Of a DNA stretch of 64,000 bases, positions 1 through 10,927 are shown one piece after another. How positions within the stretch are numbered: position 1 is the stretch's first letter; the number at the start of each line of letters is the position of its first letter. A program made the position numbers and the translations under genes. Source of the stretch: an uncultured Candidatus Rokubacteria bacterium (GTDB lineage Bacteria; Methylomirabilota; Methylomirabilia; Rokubacteriales; CSP1-6); assembly GCA_963747235.1 (NCBI GenBank), contig CAVVEU010000040.1, positions 320,001 to 384,000 on the forward strand, read 5' to 3'. The notes under the pieces are model-generated. The model was not told the DNA's origin, ran no database searches, and worked only from the letters and a program-made list of their open reading frames with translations.

Positions 1-1110
<1,110 letters not shown>

Positions 1111-1134
1111 TGGAGCGTCTCCCCTTGCTCAAAG

Positions 1135-3378
1135 TTATGTGAGGGCGTTCAAGGCTGAGCCCGCCTTGAACCACCCGATCTGCTCGTCGGTCATCGTCTG
1201 CAGACACTGAATGGTGACGGTCTTGCCGTCCGGCTTGTGGATCACCACCTCCACCGGCTTGCCGGGCGCGAGCGCGGCCAGCCCGCGCACGCTCACGCGG
1301 TCTCCCTGCTCGAAGAGGTCGTAGTCCGACGTCTTGGCGAAGGTCAGGGGCAGGATCCCCTGCTTCTTGAGGTTCGTCTCGTGGATGCGCGCGAAGCTCT
1401 TGACGATGACCACCTTGCAGCCCAGGTAGCGGGGCGACATGGCGGCGTGCTCGCGGCTCGACCCCTCGCCGTAGTTCTCGTCGCCGATCACGATCCAGCT
1501 GATCCCCTTGGCCTTCAGATCCCGCGCGTTCGCGGTGAAGGTCTTGACCTCGCCGGTGATCGGGTTGGCGCCCTTGCCCGCCTCCCCGGTGAACGCGTTG
1601 ACCGCGCCCAGGAACATGTTGTCGCTGATGCGGTCGAGGTGCCCGCGGAAGCGCAGCCAGGCGCCGGCGGGGGAGATGTGGTCGGTGGTGGTCTTGCCCT
1701 TGGTCTTCACCAAGATGGGAAGCTCACCGAAATCTCTGCCATCCCAGCGCGGGAACGGCTGCAGGAGCTGCAGCCGCTCGCTGTTCGGCGCGATCGCGAC
1801 CTGCACGCGGTCGCCGTCGGACGCGGGCGCCTCGAAGCCCGCGTCGCCGCCCGCGAAGCCCTGGGCCGGCAGCTCCTCGCCCTCCGGCGCGGTGAAGCGG
1901 AACGGCTTGCCGTCCGGCCCGGGAATCGTCCCGTGCACCGGGTCGAACTCGAGCGTGCCCCCGAAGGCCAGCGCGGTGACGATCTCCGGGCTGGTCAGGA
2001 ACGAGAGCGTGGAGGCGCTGCCGTCGTTGCGCCCCGGGAAGTTCCGGTTGAACGAGGAGACGATGGTGTTGGTCTCCTCCTTGCCGACGTCGCTGCGCTT
2101 CCACTGCCCGATGCAGGGGCCGCACGCGTTGGCGAGCACGGTGCCCCCGATCTTCTGGAAGGTGTCCACCATGCCGTCGCGCTTGATCGTCTGGTAGATG
2201 CGCTCCGAGCCCGGCGTCACCAGGAACGGGGTCTTGGCCTTGACCCCGGCCTTGAGCGCCTGCATCGCGATGTGGGCGGCCCGCTTCATGTCCTCGTACG
2301 AGGAGTTGGTGCAGGAGCCGATCAGCGCCTGGCGGATGCCCGCGGGCCAGCCTTCCTTCTTCACCTCGGCGGCCAGCTTCGAGATCGGCCGCGCCCGGTC
2401 CGGCGAGTGCGGGCCCACGATGTGCGGCTCGAGCTCCGAGAGGTTGATCTCCACCACCTCGTCGTAGTACTTCTGCGGGTCGCGGATGACCTCGGGATCG
2501 GCCACCAGGTGCTGGCGGTGCTGCTCGGCGAGCCGCGCGATGTCCGCGCGATCGGTGGCGCGCAGGTAGGCGGCCATGCGGTCGTCGAAGTGGAAGAGCG
2601 AGGTGGTGGCGCCCAGCTCCGCGCCCATGTTGCAGATGGTGCCCTTGCCGGTGGCGCTGATGGACTCGGCGCCCGGCCCGAAGTACTCGATGATCTTGTT
2701 GGTGCCGCCCTTGACGGTCAGCAGCCCGCAGAGATAGGTGATGACGTCCTTGGGGGAGCTCCAGCCGGTGAGCTTGCCGGTGAGGTGCACGCCGATCAGC
2801 TTGGGATCGAGGACTTCCCACGCCAGCCCCGCCATGGCCTCGCCGCAGTCCGCGCCGCCGACGCCGATGGCGACCATGCCGAGGCCGCCCGCGTTGGGGG
2901 TGTGGGAGTCCGCGCCGATCATGAGGCCGCCCGGGAAGGCGTAGTTCTCGAGCACCACCTGGTGGATGATGCCGGCGCCCGGCTTCCAGAACCCGATGCC
3001 GTACTTCTTCGAGGTCGAGTGCAGGAAGTCGTAGACCTCGCGGTTCTCGTTGATGGCGCGCTGCATGTCCTCGGCCGCGCCGCTCTCCGCCCGGATCAGG
3101 TGGTCGCAGTGCACCGTGCTGGGCACCGCCACCTGCTTCTTGCCCGCCTGCATGAACTGCAGGAGGGCCATCTGGCCCGTGGCGTCCTGGAGGGCGACCC
3201 GGTCCACCCGCAGCCGGAGCTGGGCCTTGCCCCGGCTCCATTCCTGCTTGGCGAAGTCGTCGGCGTGGGCGACCAGGATCTTCTCGGCCAGGGTGAGGGG
3301 GCGGCCGAAGCGCCGGCGCGCCTGATCGAGCTTGCCGGGCATGGATTCGTACAGCCGCTTGACCTGGTCAACCGACAT
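1135..3378 (-). CDS. acnA: Aconitate hydratase (short, mitochondrial-like AcnA type)
   Basis: 747 aa; QDATGQMA, HCDHLI, GADSHTPNAGG, IGSCTNSSYED, ANACGPCIGQW, TTDHISPAG, GSSREHAA. Confidence 0.93.
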   Translation of the reverse strand: MSVDQVKRLYESMPGKLDQARRRFGRPLTLAEKILVAHADDFAKQEWSRGKAQLRLRVDRVALQDATGQMALLQFMQAGKKQVAVPSTVHCDHLIRAESGAAEDMQRAINENREVYDFLHSTSKKYGIGFWKPGAGIIHQVVLENYAFPGGLMIGADSHTPNAGGLGMVAIGVGGADCGEAMAGLAWEVLDPKLIGVHLTGKLTGWSSPKDVITYLCGLLTVKGGTNKIIEYFGPGAESISATGKGTICNMGAELGATTSLFHFDDRMAAYLRATDRADIARLAEQHRQHLVADPEVIRDPQKYYDEVVEINLSELEPHIVGPHSPDRARPISKLAAEVKKEGWPAGIRQALIGSCTNSSYEDMKRAAHIAMQALKAGVKAKTPFLVTPGSERIYQTIKRDGMVDTFQKIGGTVLANACGPCIGQWKRSDVGKEETNTIVSSFNRNFPGRNDGSASTLSFLTSPEIVTALAFGGTLEFDPVHGTIPGPDGKPFRFTAPEGEELPAQGFAGGDAGFEAPASDGDRVQVAIAPNSERLQLLQPFPRWDGRDFGELPILVKTKGKTTTDHISPAGAWLRFRGHLDRISDNMFLGAVNAFTGEAGKGANPITGEVKTFTANARDLKAKGISWIVIGDENYGEGSSREHAAMSPRYLGCKVVIVKSFARIHETNLKKQGILPLTFAKTSDYDLFEQGDRVSVRGLAALAPGKPVEVVIHKPDGKTVTIQCLQTMTDEQIGWFKAGSALNALT

Positions 3379-3463
3379 GGTGGGCCTCCTCGACCGGCAG
3401 ACATACGTATCGCCTCCAACCCGCGGTCAGGCAGGAGGCGACTAGATAAAATCCGCACTTACG

Positions 3464-3928
3464 CTAACATGACGCCCCGGGGAGGTCAAGGGAACGGGCC
3501 CCGGCGACCGCCTCCGCGATCCGCCGGCGCACGTCCTCCATCTCGGCCGGGTCGGCGTAGCGCCCGCGCGGCCAGAAGAAGCCGCGAAGCCCGTCGCCCC
3601 GCCGCCGCGGCACCACGTGCACGTGGAGATGCGGCACGCTCTGGCTCACCCGGTTGTTGACCGCCACGAAGGAGCCGTCGGCGCCGAGCGCCCCCTCCAC
3701 CGCCCGCGCGAGCACGCGCACCGCGTCCCAGAGCGGCGCGGTCAGCGCGGCGGGCAGATCGCCGATGGTCTCCACGTGCTCGCGGGGGACCACGAGGCAG
3801 TGGCCGGGGAAGAGCGGCCGGTGATCGAGGAACGCCACCACCGCGCGCGTCTCGAGCACGAGGGCGCCCGGCTCTTCCGAGCGCGCGATGCGGCAGAAGA
3901 GGCAGCCCGCGACCGGGTCCGGGCTCAC
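3464..3928 (-). CDS. HIT family protein
   Basis: CLFC N-terminus, GHCLVVP, histidine triad QSVPHLHVHVVPR. Confidence 0.9.
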   Translation of the reverse strand: MSPDPVAGCLFCRIARSEEPGALVLETRAVVAFLDHRPLFPGHCLVVPREHVETIGDLPAALTAPLWDAVRVLARAVEGALGADGSFVAVNNRVSQSVPHLHVHVVPRRRGDGLRGFFWPRGRYADPAEMEDVRRRIAEAVAGARSLDLPGASC

Positions 3929-3938
3929 GGGTCCGCGG

Positions 3939-4634
3939 TCAGCCGAGCAGGCCGCGCACCGCGCGGCGCCGCAGCGCCAGGATGGACTCGGTCGGCGAGA
4001 TCTCCATCGGGCAGACGTCGGTGCAGTTGGCCTGGCTGTGGCAGCGCATCAGCGTGTCCTCCGAGACCAGCACCGCCGCGCGGTCGGCGTGGCCGGCGTC
4101 CCGGCTGTCGGTGGCCACCGTGAAGAGGCGGTTCAGCGCGGCCGGGCCCGGGAAGCGCTCGTCGTTCGCCACCATGGTGCAGGCCGACACGCACATGCCG
4201 CAGCCGATGCACTCGATCGCGGGATCGATGCGCTGCCGCTCCGGCGCGTCCGCGCCGACCGGAGCGAAGGCCGCCGGCTCCTCCTTCGGCACGAAGGTGG
4301 CGCCCACGCGCGCGGTCTGCTCGGCGAGCGGCGCCAGGTCCACCACCAGGTCGCGGATGAGCGGGAAATGGTAGAGCGGGCGCACGGTCACGATGCGGGT
4401 CTTGAGGCTCTTCAGCAGGGTCCGGCAGGCCCAGCGCTCGCGCCCGTTGATGACCATCCCGCACGAGCCGCACATGCCCACGCGGCAGGCGTAGCGGAAG
4501 GCCAGGGTCGGGTCGAGGCGGCGCTGGACGTCCACCAGCGCGTCGAGCACCGTCATGCCCTCCTTGGCGGGCACCCAGAAGCGCTGGATCCGCTCGCGGA
4601 AACCGGGAGACCAGCGGAAGACCTTCAGGACCAT
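3939..4634 (-). CDS. Succinate dehydrogenase/fumarate reductase-type iron-sulfur subunit
   Basis: Starts MVLKVFRW; ACRVGMCGSC..WAC (2Fe-2S), CIGCGMCVSAC (4Fe-4S), CHSQANCTDVCP (3Fe-4S type). Confidence 0.9.
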   Translation of the reverse strand: MVLKVFRWSPGFRERIQRFWVPAKEGMTVLDALVDVQRRLDPTLAFRYACRVGMCGSCGMVINGRERWACRTLLKSLKTRIVTVRPLYHFPLIRDLVVDLAPLAEQTARVGATFVPKEEPAAFAPVGADAPERQRIDPAIECIGCGMCVSACTMVANDERFPGPAALNRLFTVATDSRDAGHADRAAVLVSEDTLMRCHSQANCTDVCPMEISPTESILALRRRAVRGLLG

Positions 4635-4954
4635 CGCCACCCCCACACCGCGGCGAAGATGAGCGCGGCCAGCGCCACCGCGATCACGAGCAGGAGCCGG
4701 TGCCAGCGCACCGGCAGGCCGAAGTCGAGCAGGATGGCCCGCGCGCCGAGCAGGCCGTGCACGAGCACGAGGGCCAGCAGGATCCCCTGCACCGTGCGCC
4801 AGTACGGCGTGCGCACGTGGAGCACGATCACCCCGAGGAGGGCCACCGCGGCGGCGCGCTGCACCAGCCAGGCCCACATCCCGGCCCGCGTGCCGCGCCA
4901 GCCCTCGGTGGTGGCCCACCGGCGCCGCAGGATCCGCCGGGGCCGCTTCGGCAT
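4625..4954 (-). CDS. Small SdhC/D-like membrane anchor (~109 aa)
   Basis: MPKRPRR..GMWAWLVQRAAAVALLGVIVLH..LVHGLLGARAILLDFG; 3 hydrophobic segments, 2 candidate heme His; ATG overlaps the flavoprotein stop. Confidence 0.8.
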   Translation of the reverse strand: MPKRPRRILRRRWATTEGWRGTRAGMWAWLVQRAAAVALLGVIVLHVRTPYWRTVQGILLALVLVHGLLGARAILLDFGLPVRWHRLLLVIAVALAALIFAAVWGWRWS

Positions 4955-6699
4955 CAGTCGCCGACGTCCACCGTCGTGGGCCGGCGCGCCGCGTCCGGCT
5001 TGAGCCGCGTGTAGCGCACCGGCTCGGTCCACACCTTCGGGCCCGCGCCGTCGGCAAAGCCGGCCAGCACCGCCACCGGCTCGCCCGCCGTCGCCGGGAA
5101 GTCGCGCCGGTAGTGCGAGCCGCGGCTCTCGGTGCGCTCGAGCGCGCTGCGGGCGATCAGCCACGACGCGGTGGCCTGGTTCTGGAGATTGATCCAGTCC
5201 TGCCACGCGAGGTTATAGGCCCCGCCGCCCCGGACCGCCACGCTCTCGAGCCGGCTCGAGATGTCCTCGATCTCGGTCAGCGCCAGCTTGAGGCCCTCGC
5301 CGGCGCGGATCAGCCCCACGTGATCCCACATGACCTGCCGGAGCCGCGCCTGCAGGGCGTAGAGGCTCTCGCTCCCCTCGCTGCGCGCGAGCGGCGCGGT
5401 GGTGGCCGCGACGGCCGCGTCCACGTGCGCGCGCGAGAGCTGCGGCAGCGGGCGCCCGACCACCCAGTCCGCCATCACGTCGCCCGCGATGCCGCCGAAC
5501 ACGGTGGACTCCGCGACCCCGTTGCCGCCGAGCCGGTTGGCGCCGTGCACGCCCCCGGTGTCCTCGCCGGCCGCGAAGAGGCCCTCCACGTCGGTGCGGC
5601 AGGCGCGGTCGATCACGATGCCGCCCATCATGAAGTGGGCGGTCGGCCCCACCTCGACCGGCTCGCGCGCGAGGTCGCGGCCGAAGTCGCGGCAGCGCCG
5701 CACCATGCCGCGGAAGCTCTTCTCGACCACCTCGGCGCCCAGGTGCGAGACGTCGATCCACACGCCGCCGTTGGCGGTGCCGCGGCCTTCCAGCACCTCG
5801 GTGTGGCAGGCGCGCGCCACCAGGTCGCGGGTGGACCGCTCGAGGCGCGTGGCGTCGTAGCGCTGCATGAACCGCTCGCCGCGGCCGTTGAGGAGCCGGC
5901 CGCCCGCCCCGCGCAGCCCCTCCTCGAGCAGCGCGCCGGTCATGAGCGAGTTGGGCACGATGAGCCCGGTCGGGTGGAACTGCACCATCTCCATGTCGCG
6001 CAGGCGCACGCCCGCGTGCAGGCCGAGCGCGATGCCGTCGGAGGACTTGTCGGCCGAGCAGGCGATGACCTTGTACATGGTCGGGCCGCCGCCCATCGCG
6101 AGCAGGATGGCGCGGGCGCGCACCACCACGAAGGTGCCGCGGCGCACGTCGAGCAGCAGCACGCCGCCCACCTGGCCGCCGTCGGCGCGGAGCAGCTCCA
6201 CCGCCCGGTGCTCCTCGAGCGGCCGGATGGACGGGCGCCGCCAGACCTGCTCGGTCAGGCGGTTCATGATCTCGATGCCGGTGAGGTCGCCCTTGTGGAT
6301 GGTGCGGTCGTGGCTCTGCCCCGCGAAGGGCTTCTGGTGGATGCGCCCGTCCGGGTGACGGTCGAAGAAGCAGCCGTAGCGCGCCTCCAGCTCGAGCACG
6401 CGGCCGGGCGCCTCGTGGACCAGGGTCCACACCAGCTCCTGGTCGTTGATCCACGCCCCGCCCTGCAGCGTGTCGAGCAGGTGCGCGTCGAGCGAGTCGG
6501 GCGCCGCGAGCACCGCGTTGTACCCGCCCTGCACCATGCGGGTGCAGCCGGCGCGGCCGAGCAGGCCCTTCACCGCCACCGTCACCGTGAGGCGTGGCGC
6601 GCGATCCGCGGCGTGGAGCGCGGCGCAGAGCCCGGCGCCGCCCGCGCCGAGCACGAGGATGTCGGTATCGAGGCTGTCGAGGACGAGATCGGTGGCCAT
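4954..6699 (-). CDS. SdhA/FrdA/TfrA-family flavoprotein (non-canonical)
   Basis: GAGGAG FAD loop, QFHPTG, STRDLVAR, PTAHFMMGG, HGANRLGGN, ESRGSHYR; lacks the covalent-FAD His (GCTRMVQGG). Confidence 0.88.
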   Translation of the reverse strand: MATDLVLDSLDTDILVLGAGGAGLCAALHAADRAPRLTVTVAVKGLLGRAGCTRMVQGGYNAVLAAPDSLDAHLLDTLQGGAWINDQELVWTLVHEAPGRVLELEARYGCFFDRHPDGRIHQKPFAGQSHDRTIHKGDLTGIEIMNRLTEQVWRRPSIRPLEEHRAVELLRADGGQVGGVLLLDVRRGTFVVVRARAILLAMGGGPTMYKVIACSADKSSDGIALGLHAGVRLRDMEMVQFHPTGLIVPNSLMTGALLEEGLRGAGGRLLNGRGERFMQRYDATRLERSTRDLVARACHTEVLEGRGTANGGVWIDVSHLGAEVVEKSFRGMVRRCRDFGRDLAREPVEVGPTAHFMMGGIVIDRACRTDVEGLFAAGEDTGGVHGANRLGGNGVAESTVFGGIAGDVMADWVVGRPLPQLSRAHVDAAVAATTAPLARSEGSESLYALQARLRQVMWDHVGLIRAGEGLKLALTEIEDISSRLESVAVRGGGAYNLAWQDWINLQNQATASWLIARSALERTESRGSHYRRDFPATAGEPVAVLAGFADGAGPKVWTEPVRYTRLKPDAARRPTTVDVGD

Positions 6700-6717
6700 C
6701 GGTCCGTGGCCCCGAGA

Positions 6718-7266
6718 CTACTTCGCCGGCGCGGCCACCAGGGCGTCGAGGAAGGCGCGGCCGGCCTTGCCGTCCCACTCGCGGGTGCCCGCGGCCCGGG
6801 CGACCAGGCGCCCGTCGCGGCCGATCACGATGGTGGTCGGCGTGGCCCGCACCCGGTACTCGCGCGCGACCGCGCCGTCGCCGTCCAGGAGCACGGACGA
6901 GGTCACGCCCGCGCCCTTCACGTAGCTGGCCACCAGGTCCCGCGGCTCCTCGATGCTCACCGCGAGCACCGTGAACGGCTGGCCCTTCCGCTCGCGGACG
7001 ATCTTCTCGATGGCGACGGGCAGCTCCTTGCGGCAGTAGCCGCACCAGGTGGCCCAGAAGTAGACGAGCACGACCTTGCCCTGCTGCTCGGCCAGGGACG
7101 TCTTGCCGCCGCCGTCCACCTTCGGCAGCGAGAAGCCGGGGGCCCGCTCGCCGGGCAGCGCGTTGAGCTGGAGCTCGCGCAGGTACCGGTCGATCTCGTC
7201 GGCCGCCGCGGGCGCGGCCCAGGCGAGGCTTCCGGCCAGCAGCGCGCCCAGCACCACCCGTCTCAC
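6718..7266 (-). CDS. TlpA/ResA-like exported thiol-disulfide oxidoreductase
   Basis: GTG overlaps soxZ stop; signal peptide ending AAA-D; FWATWCGYC, RATPTT. Confidence 0.88.
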   Translation of the reverse strand: MRRVVLGALLAGSLAWAAPAAADEIDRYLRELQLNALPGERAPGFSLPKVDGGGKTSLAEQQGKVVLVYFWATWCGYCRKELPVAIEKIVRERKGQPFTVLAVSIEEPRDLVASYVKGAGVTSSVLLDGDGAVAREYRVRATPTTIVIGRDGRLVARAAGTREWDGKAGRAFLDALVAAPAK

Positions 7267-7592
7267 GTGACCTTGACCTCCGCGGTGCCCTCGAACTTCA
7301 CGCCGTGCGAATCGACGAACGTCACCTTGAGGGGCCCCGCCTCCGTGGCGCGAAAGGGAATCGTGAACATCGGGTTCTCGCTGACCGCCGTGGACGGCTC
7401 GATCACGGCGATCTCGCGGCCGAGGTACGTTACCACGATGCGGTTGACGAAGCGGTAGTTGCGATCCACCGACCGCCCGCCCTGTCGCTCCACCCGCTCC
7501 TGGGGATGGATGACCAGGGCCCGCACCCGCGCCACGCTGCCCCGGCGGACGCTGCCCGGCACGGCCAGCTTCACGGTCCCGATGTCGGCCAT
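7263..7592 (-). CDS. soxZ: SoxZ-like sulfur carrier subunit
   Basis: VRALVIHPQE..AVSENPMFTIPF..LKVTFVDSHG pattern of SoxZ; adjacent to soxY. Confidence 0.8.
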   Translation of the reverse strand: MADIGTVKLAVPGSVRRGSVARVRALVIHPQERVERQGGRSVDRNYRFVNRIVVTYLGREIAVIEPSTAVSENPMFTIPFRATEAGPLKVTFVDSHGVKFEGTAEVKVT

Positions 7593-7595
7593 GGC

Positions 7596-8082
7596 TCAGG
7601 CCGCGCAGCCCGCCACCGTGACGCGGACGTCGCGGGCGGCGATCCAGAGCGTTCCGTCGCCGGTCTCGGCGACGACGCGGACCGGCCCGCTGTCGGCCAG
7701 GCGCAGGTTGGTCGCCACGTAGGCCTGGCCGGCGGCCGGCGTCAGGCTGATCTTCACGTTGAGCGGGCGCGGGTTCTTCTCGGCGAGGATGTAGATCGCC
7801 TTGACGTGGTTCTCCGGCGTCATCGGCGACTTCACCTCGACCGCGATCGGCACCGAGGCGCCGTCCTCCGCGATGAGCGGCATGTCGATCGTGATGAGCG
7901 CGGCGCCGTCCTTGATCGGGCGGCCGCCGAAGAGCCGCTTCATCGTCTCGGCGATCGGCTCTTCCGGCGCCAGGTTGGCGAGGTAGCCCTGCGCGCGGGC
8001 GGGCCACGGGCGCCACGCCGCCGACGGCGGCGCCGAGCGCGGCCAGGCCCAGCCATGCGCGGCGCGTGAGCAGAGAGGTCAT
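7596..8082 (-). CDS. soxY: SoxY-like sulfur carrier protein with Tat signal (frameshift near 8000)
   Basis: MTSLLTRRAWL Tat motif, ARA-Q cleavage after frameshift; PLIAEDGASVPI, EKNPRP, TNLRLA, C-terminal VTVAGCAA. Confidence 0.82.
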
Positions 8083-8089
8083 GGCTCTC

Positions 8090-8117
8090 AGGATGCCTTC
8101 GATCGTAGCCTTGTCAA
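8090..8117 (-). promoter_or_regulatory. Putative sigma70 promoter of soxY (probably leaderless)
   Basis: TTGACA-16 bp-CATCCT, 7 nt before ATG, no SD. Confidence 0.45.
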
Positions 8118-8122
8118 CGCCT

Positions 8123-10894
8123 TCACTCGATGCGGTAGGCCGACGCGTCGGGCTTGAACGCGCGCGGCAGCCAGAGCGGCCGGCGCAGCCCGTCGGGACC
8201 CGGCGCGGGCCGGGCCATCGCGAGCCACTTGCGATAGACCTCGAAGGACTTGTTGGTGTCCACCACCACGTCGCCGTAGCGATCGTTCGGGCCGGGCCGG
8301 CTCACCGTCACCTTCTGATGCCAGCAGTGCTGGCCGCTCACCGGATCGGGATGCACCGGGAACGTCAGGTTCTGGTGCACGCCCGCGTCCTCCCACCACA
8401 CGCGCTGCGAATCGGGATCGGCGCTCTCGAAGGGCCGCACCCCGTGCACGTGACGGAGACGCCACTCGCCCGCCCGCGGGTTCTCGAGCGTCACCAGCGC
8501 GGTGGACCAGCGCTCGCCGCCGGTCTGCTCGGCGAGGCGCCAGCGCCCCAGGTGATGCGAGCACGCGAGCACGCCCGGCCGGATCGACTCGGTCACCCAC
8601 ACCCGGTCCACGAAGTGCCCGATCTCGGTCGTGACCTTCAAAAGGTCGCCGGTCGTCACGTTATGCCGCGCCGCATCCTCCGGATGCAGCCAGAGCGGGT
8701 TGTTGTGGGAGATCTCGTAGAGCCACTTGGCGTTGCCGGAGCGCGAGTGGATCAGGGTCGGCAGCCGGAAGGTGGGCAGGAGCGCCATCTCGCCCGCGGC
8801 CCGGTTCATCTCGCGCCAGTGCACGTGGCTGCGCGCGTAGGTGGGCACCGCGTGCTCCGGCCACTTCCACTCCTTGAGCGTCCGCGAGTAGAACTCGAGC
8901 TTGCGCGACGGCGTCGGGAAGCCGCCCATCCACTGCCCGTCCACCTCCACGCCCTCCCCCGCCGCGACCGGCGTCTCGTGGGTGCGGTAGACGTTCTCCT
9001 GGATCAGGAACGCGCCGTACTTGCGCATGTACGCGAGCGGGGCCAGGCCCTCGCGCTCGGCGGCCGCGGGCAGGCCGGGCACGCTGTGCTCGAAGATCCA
9101 GCGGTAGAACTCCTCGATGCGGAGCTTCTCGCCGGGACGATAGGGCGACTCGAAGTACTTGCGGATCCCGAGCGCGCCGTCCGGATCGATGCGCCACGAC
9201 AGCTCGATCCAGAACTCGTCCTCCTCCCACACCTGCCCGAGCCCCGCCGCCTCGTGCGCCTGCCAGGTGAGGTCGAAGCGCTGGCCCTGCTTCTCGAGCG
9301 CCACCCGCAGCACCGGCTGGCGGAAGCCGATCCAGCGCGCGGCGTGGGTCTCCTGGCTCATGAGGTCGTGGCGCTCGGAGGCGTGCCCCATCGGCAGCAC
9401 GTAGTCGGCGAACCACGCGGTCTCGCTCCACGTGGGGGTGAGGCAGGCGTGGCGCTCCACCTTGGCCTCGTCGGTCAGCATCTCGATCCACGACATGCCG
9501 TCCGGATTGGTCCACACCGGGTTGTAGACGCGGGTGAAGTACATCGCGAGCTTGCCGCGACCTTCCTTCAGGAAATGCGGCAGGAGAAAGCTCATCTCGA
9601 AGAACGCGAGCGGGTACTCCCGCGGCATCAGGAGCTCGCTCCAGATCTTGCCCGGCGGCGGCATCATCGGCGGGGTCGGGCACCGCCTTGTTCCAGCCGG
9701 AGGGCGCGGTGCCGCCCGGCGTGGCCACCGCGCCCGCCAGCACCACCACCAGCTCGAGCGCCCGCGCCACTTCCCAGCCGTGGAGGTTGCCCGCGGCGGC
9801 GTTGCGCCAGACGTGGGTGGAGAGCGCGCTGCCGGCGCGGCCGACCTCGCGCGCCACCTCCTCGATGCGCGCGGCGGGCACCCCCGACTCGCTCTCCGCG
9901 AACGCGGGGGTGTACTCGGCGTAGAGCGTCTTCAGCGCCTCTTCGAAGGAGGCCATGGTGACCGGCAGCTCCGGCCGCTCTTCCCGCAGGTACTGCTCCC
10001 AGTTGACCCAGCGGCGGACGAACTCGCGGTCCCATGTGCCGTCGCGCAGCATGCAGTGGGCGATGGCCAGGAGCAGCGCGGCCTCGGTGCCCGGCCAGGG
10101 CGAGAGCCAGTAGTCGGCCATCGAGGCGGTATTGCTGAGGCGCGTGTCCAGCACGCAGATCTTGGCCCCCGCCATCTTGCCCTCCATGATGCGCTGGGCG
10201 TGCGGGTTGAAGTAGTGGCCGGCCTCGAGGTGCGAGGAGAGCAGCAGGATGAAGCGCGCCTTGCTGTGATCGGGCGAGGGCCGGTCGAGCCCGTGCCAGA
10301 AGGCGTAGCCCGCGCGCGCGGAGGCGGAGCAGACATTGGTGTGGCTGTTGTGGCCGTCGATGCCCCAGGCGTGGAAGACGCGCTGCAGATAGATGAGCTC
10401 GTGGCCCGGCCGCCCGAGGTGATACATCACTTCCTTCTGGCGGCCCTCGACCAGCGCCTTCCGGATGCGCCCGCCGATGTCGTCGAGCACCTCGTCCCAG
10501 GTCACGCGCTCCCACTTGCCCTCGCCGCGCTTCCCGGCCCGCCGCAGCGGGTAGAGGATGCGCTCGGGATCCGTGATCTGGTTGAGCGTCGCGGGCCCCT
10601 TGGCGCAGTTGCGCCCGCGGCTGCCCGGGTGCACCGGGTTGCCCTCGAACTTGTGGATCTGCATCGTCTTGGGATCCACGTAGGCCAGCAGCCCGCAGCC
10701 CGCCTCGCAGTTGAAGCAGATGGTCGGGATGAGCTGGAACCGCCGCTTGACCTTGGCCGGCCACGCCTTGGCGTCGAACTCCTCCCAGTCATCCCACCGC
10801 GCCGCCGGCGGGAACCGCTCGAGGCCGGAGGCCGGCGCCGCCAGCCCCCGCGCCACCGGGTGCAACGGCTCTGCTCTGGGGTCAGGTCTTGCAT
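8123..10894 (-). CDS. DMSO-reductase-family molybdopterin oxidoreductase catalytic subunit, thiosulfate/polysulfide reductase-like (frameshifts near 9670 and probably 10865)
   Basis: TICFNCEAGC..GRNCAKG 4Fe-4S motif, HNSHTNVCS putative Cys ligand, WSETAWFADYVLP, HSRSGNAKWL; no twin-arginine peptide. Confidence 0.85.
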
Positions 10895-10927
10895 TACGAC
10901 ATTTCCTCTGCGGTTTGAGGTTAGGGT

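Noticed and set aside
3939-6699. Calling the complex canonical sdhCAB or nadB
   Set aside because: Covalent-FAD His and substrate Thr are missing, and NadB has no FeS or anchor partners; gene symbols withheld.
6718-8082. 454-aa Tat-signal/TlpA fusion ORF
   Set aside because: The SoxY signal peptide is frameshifted into a junk frame that runs through to tlpA; soxY and soxZ occupy other frames.
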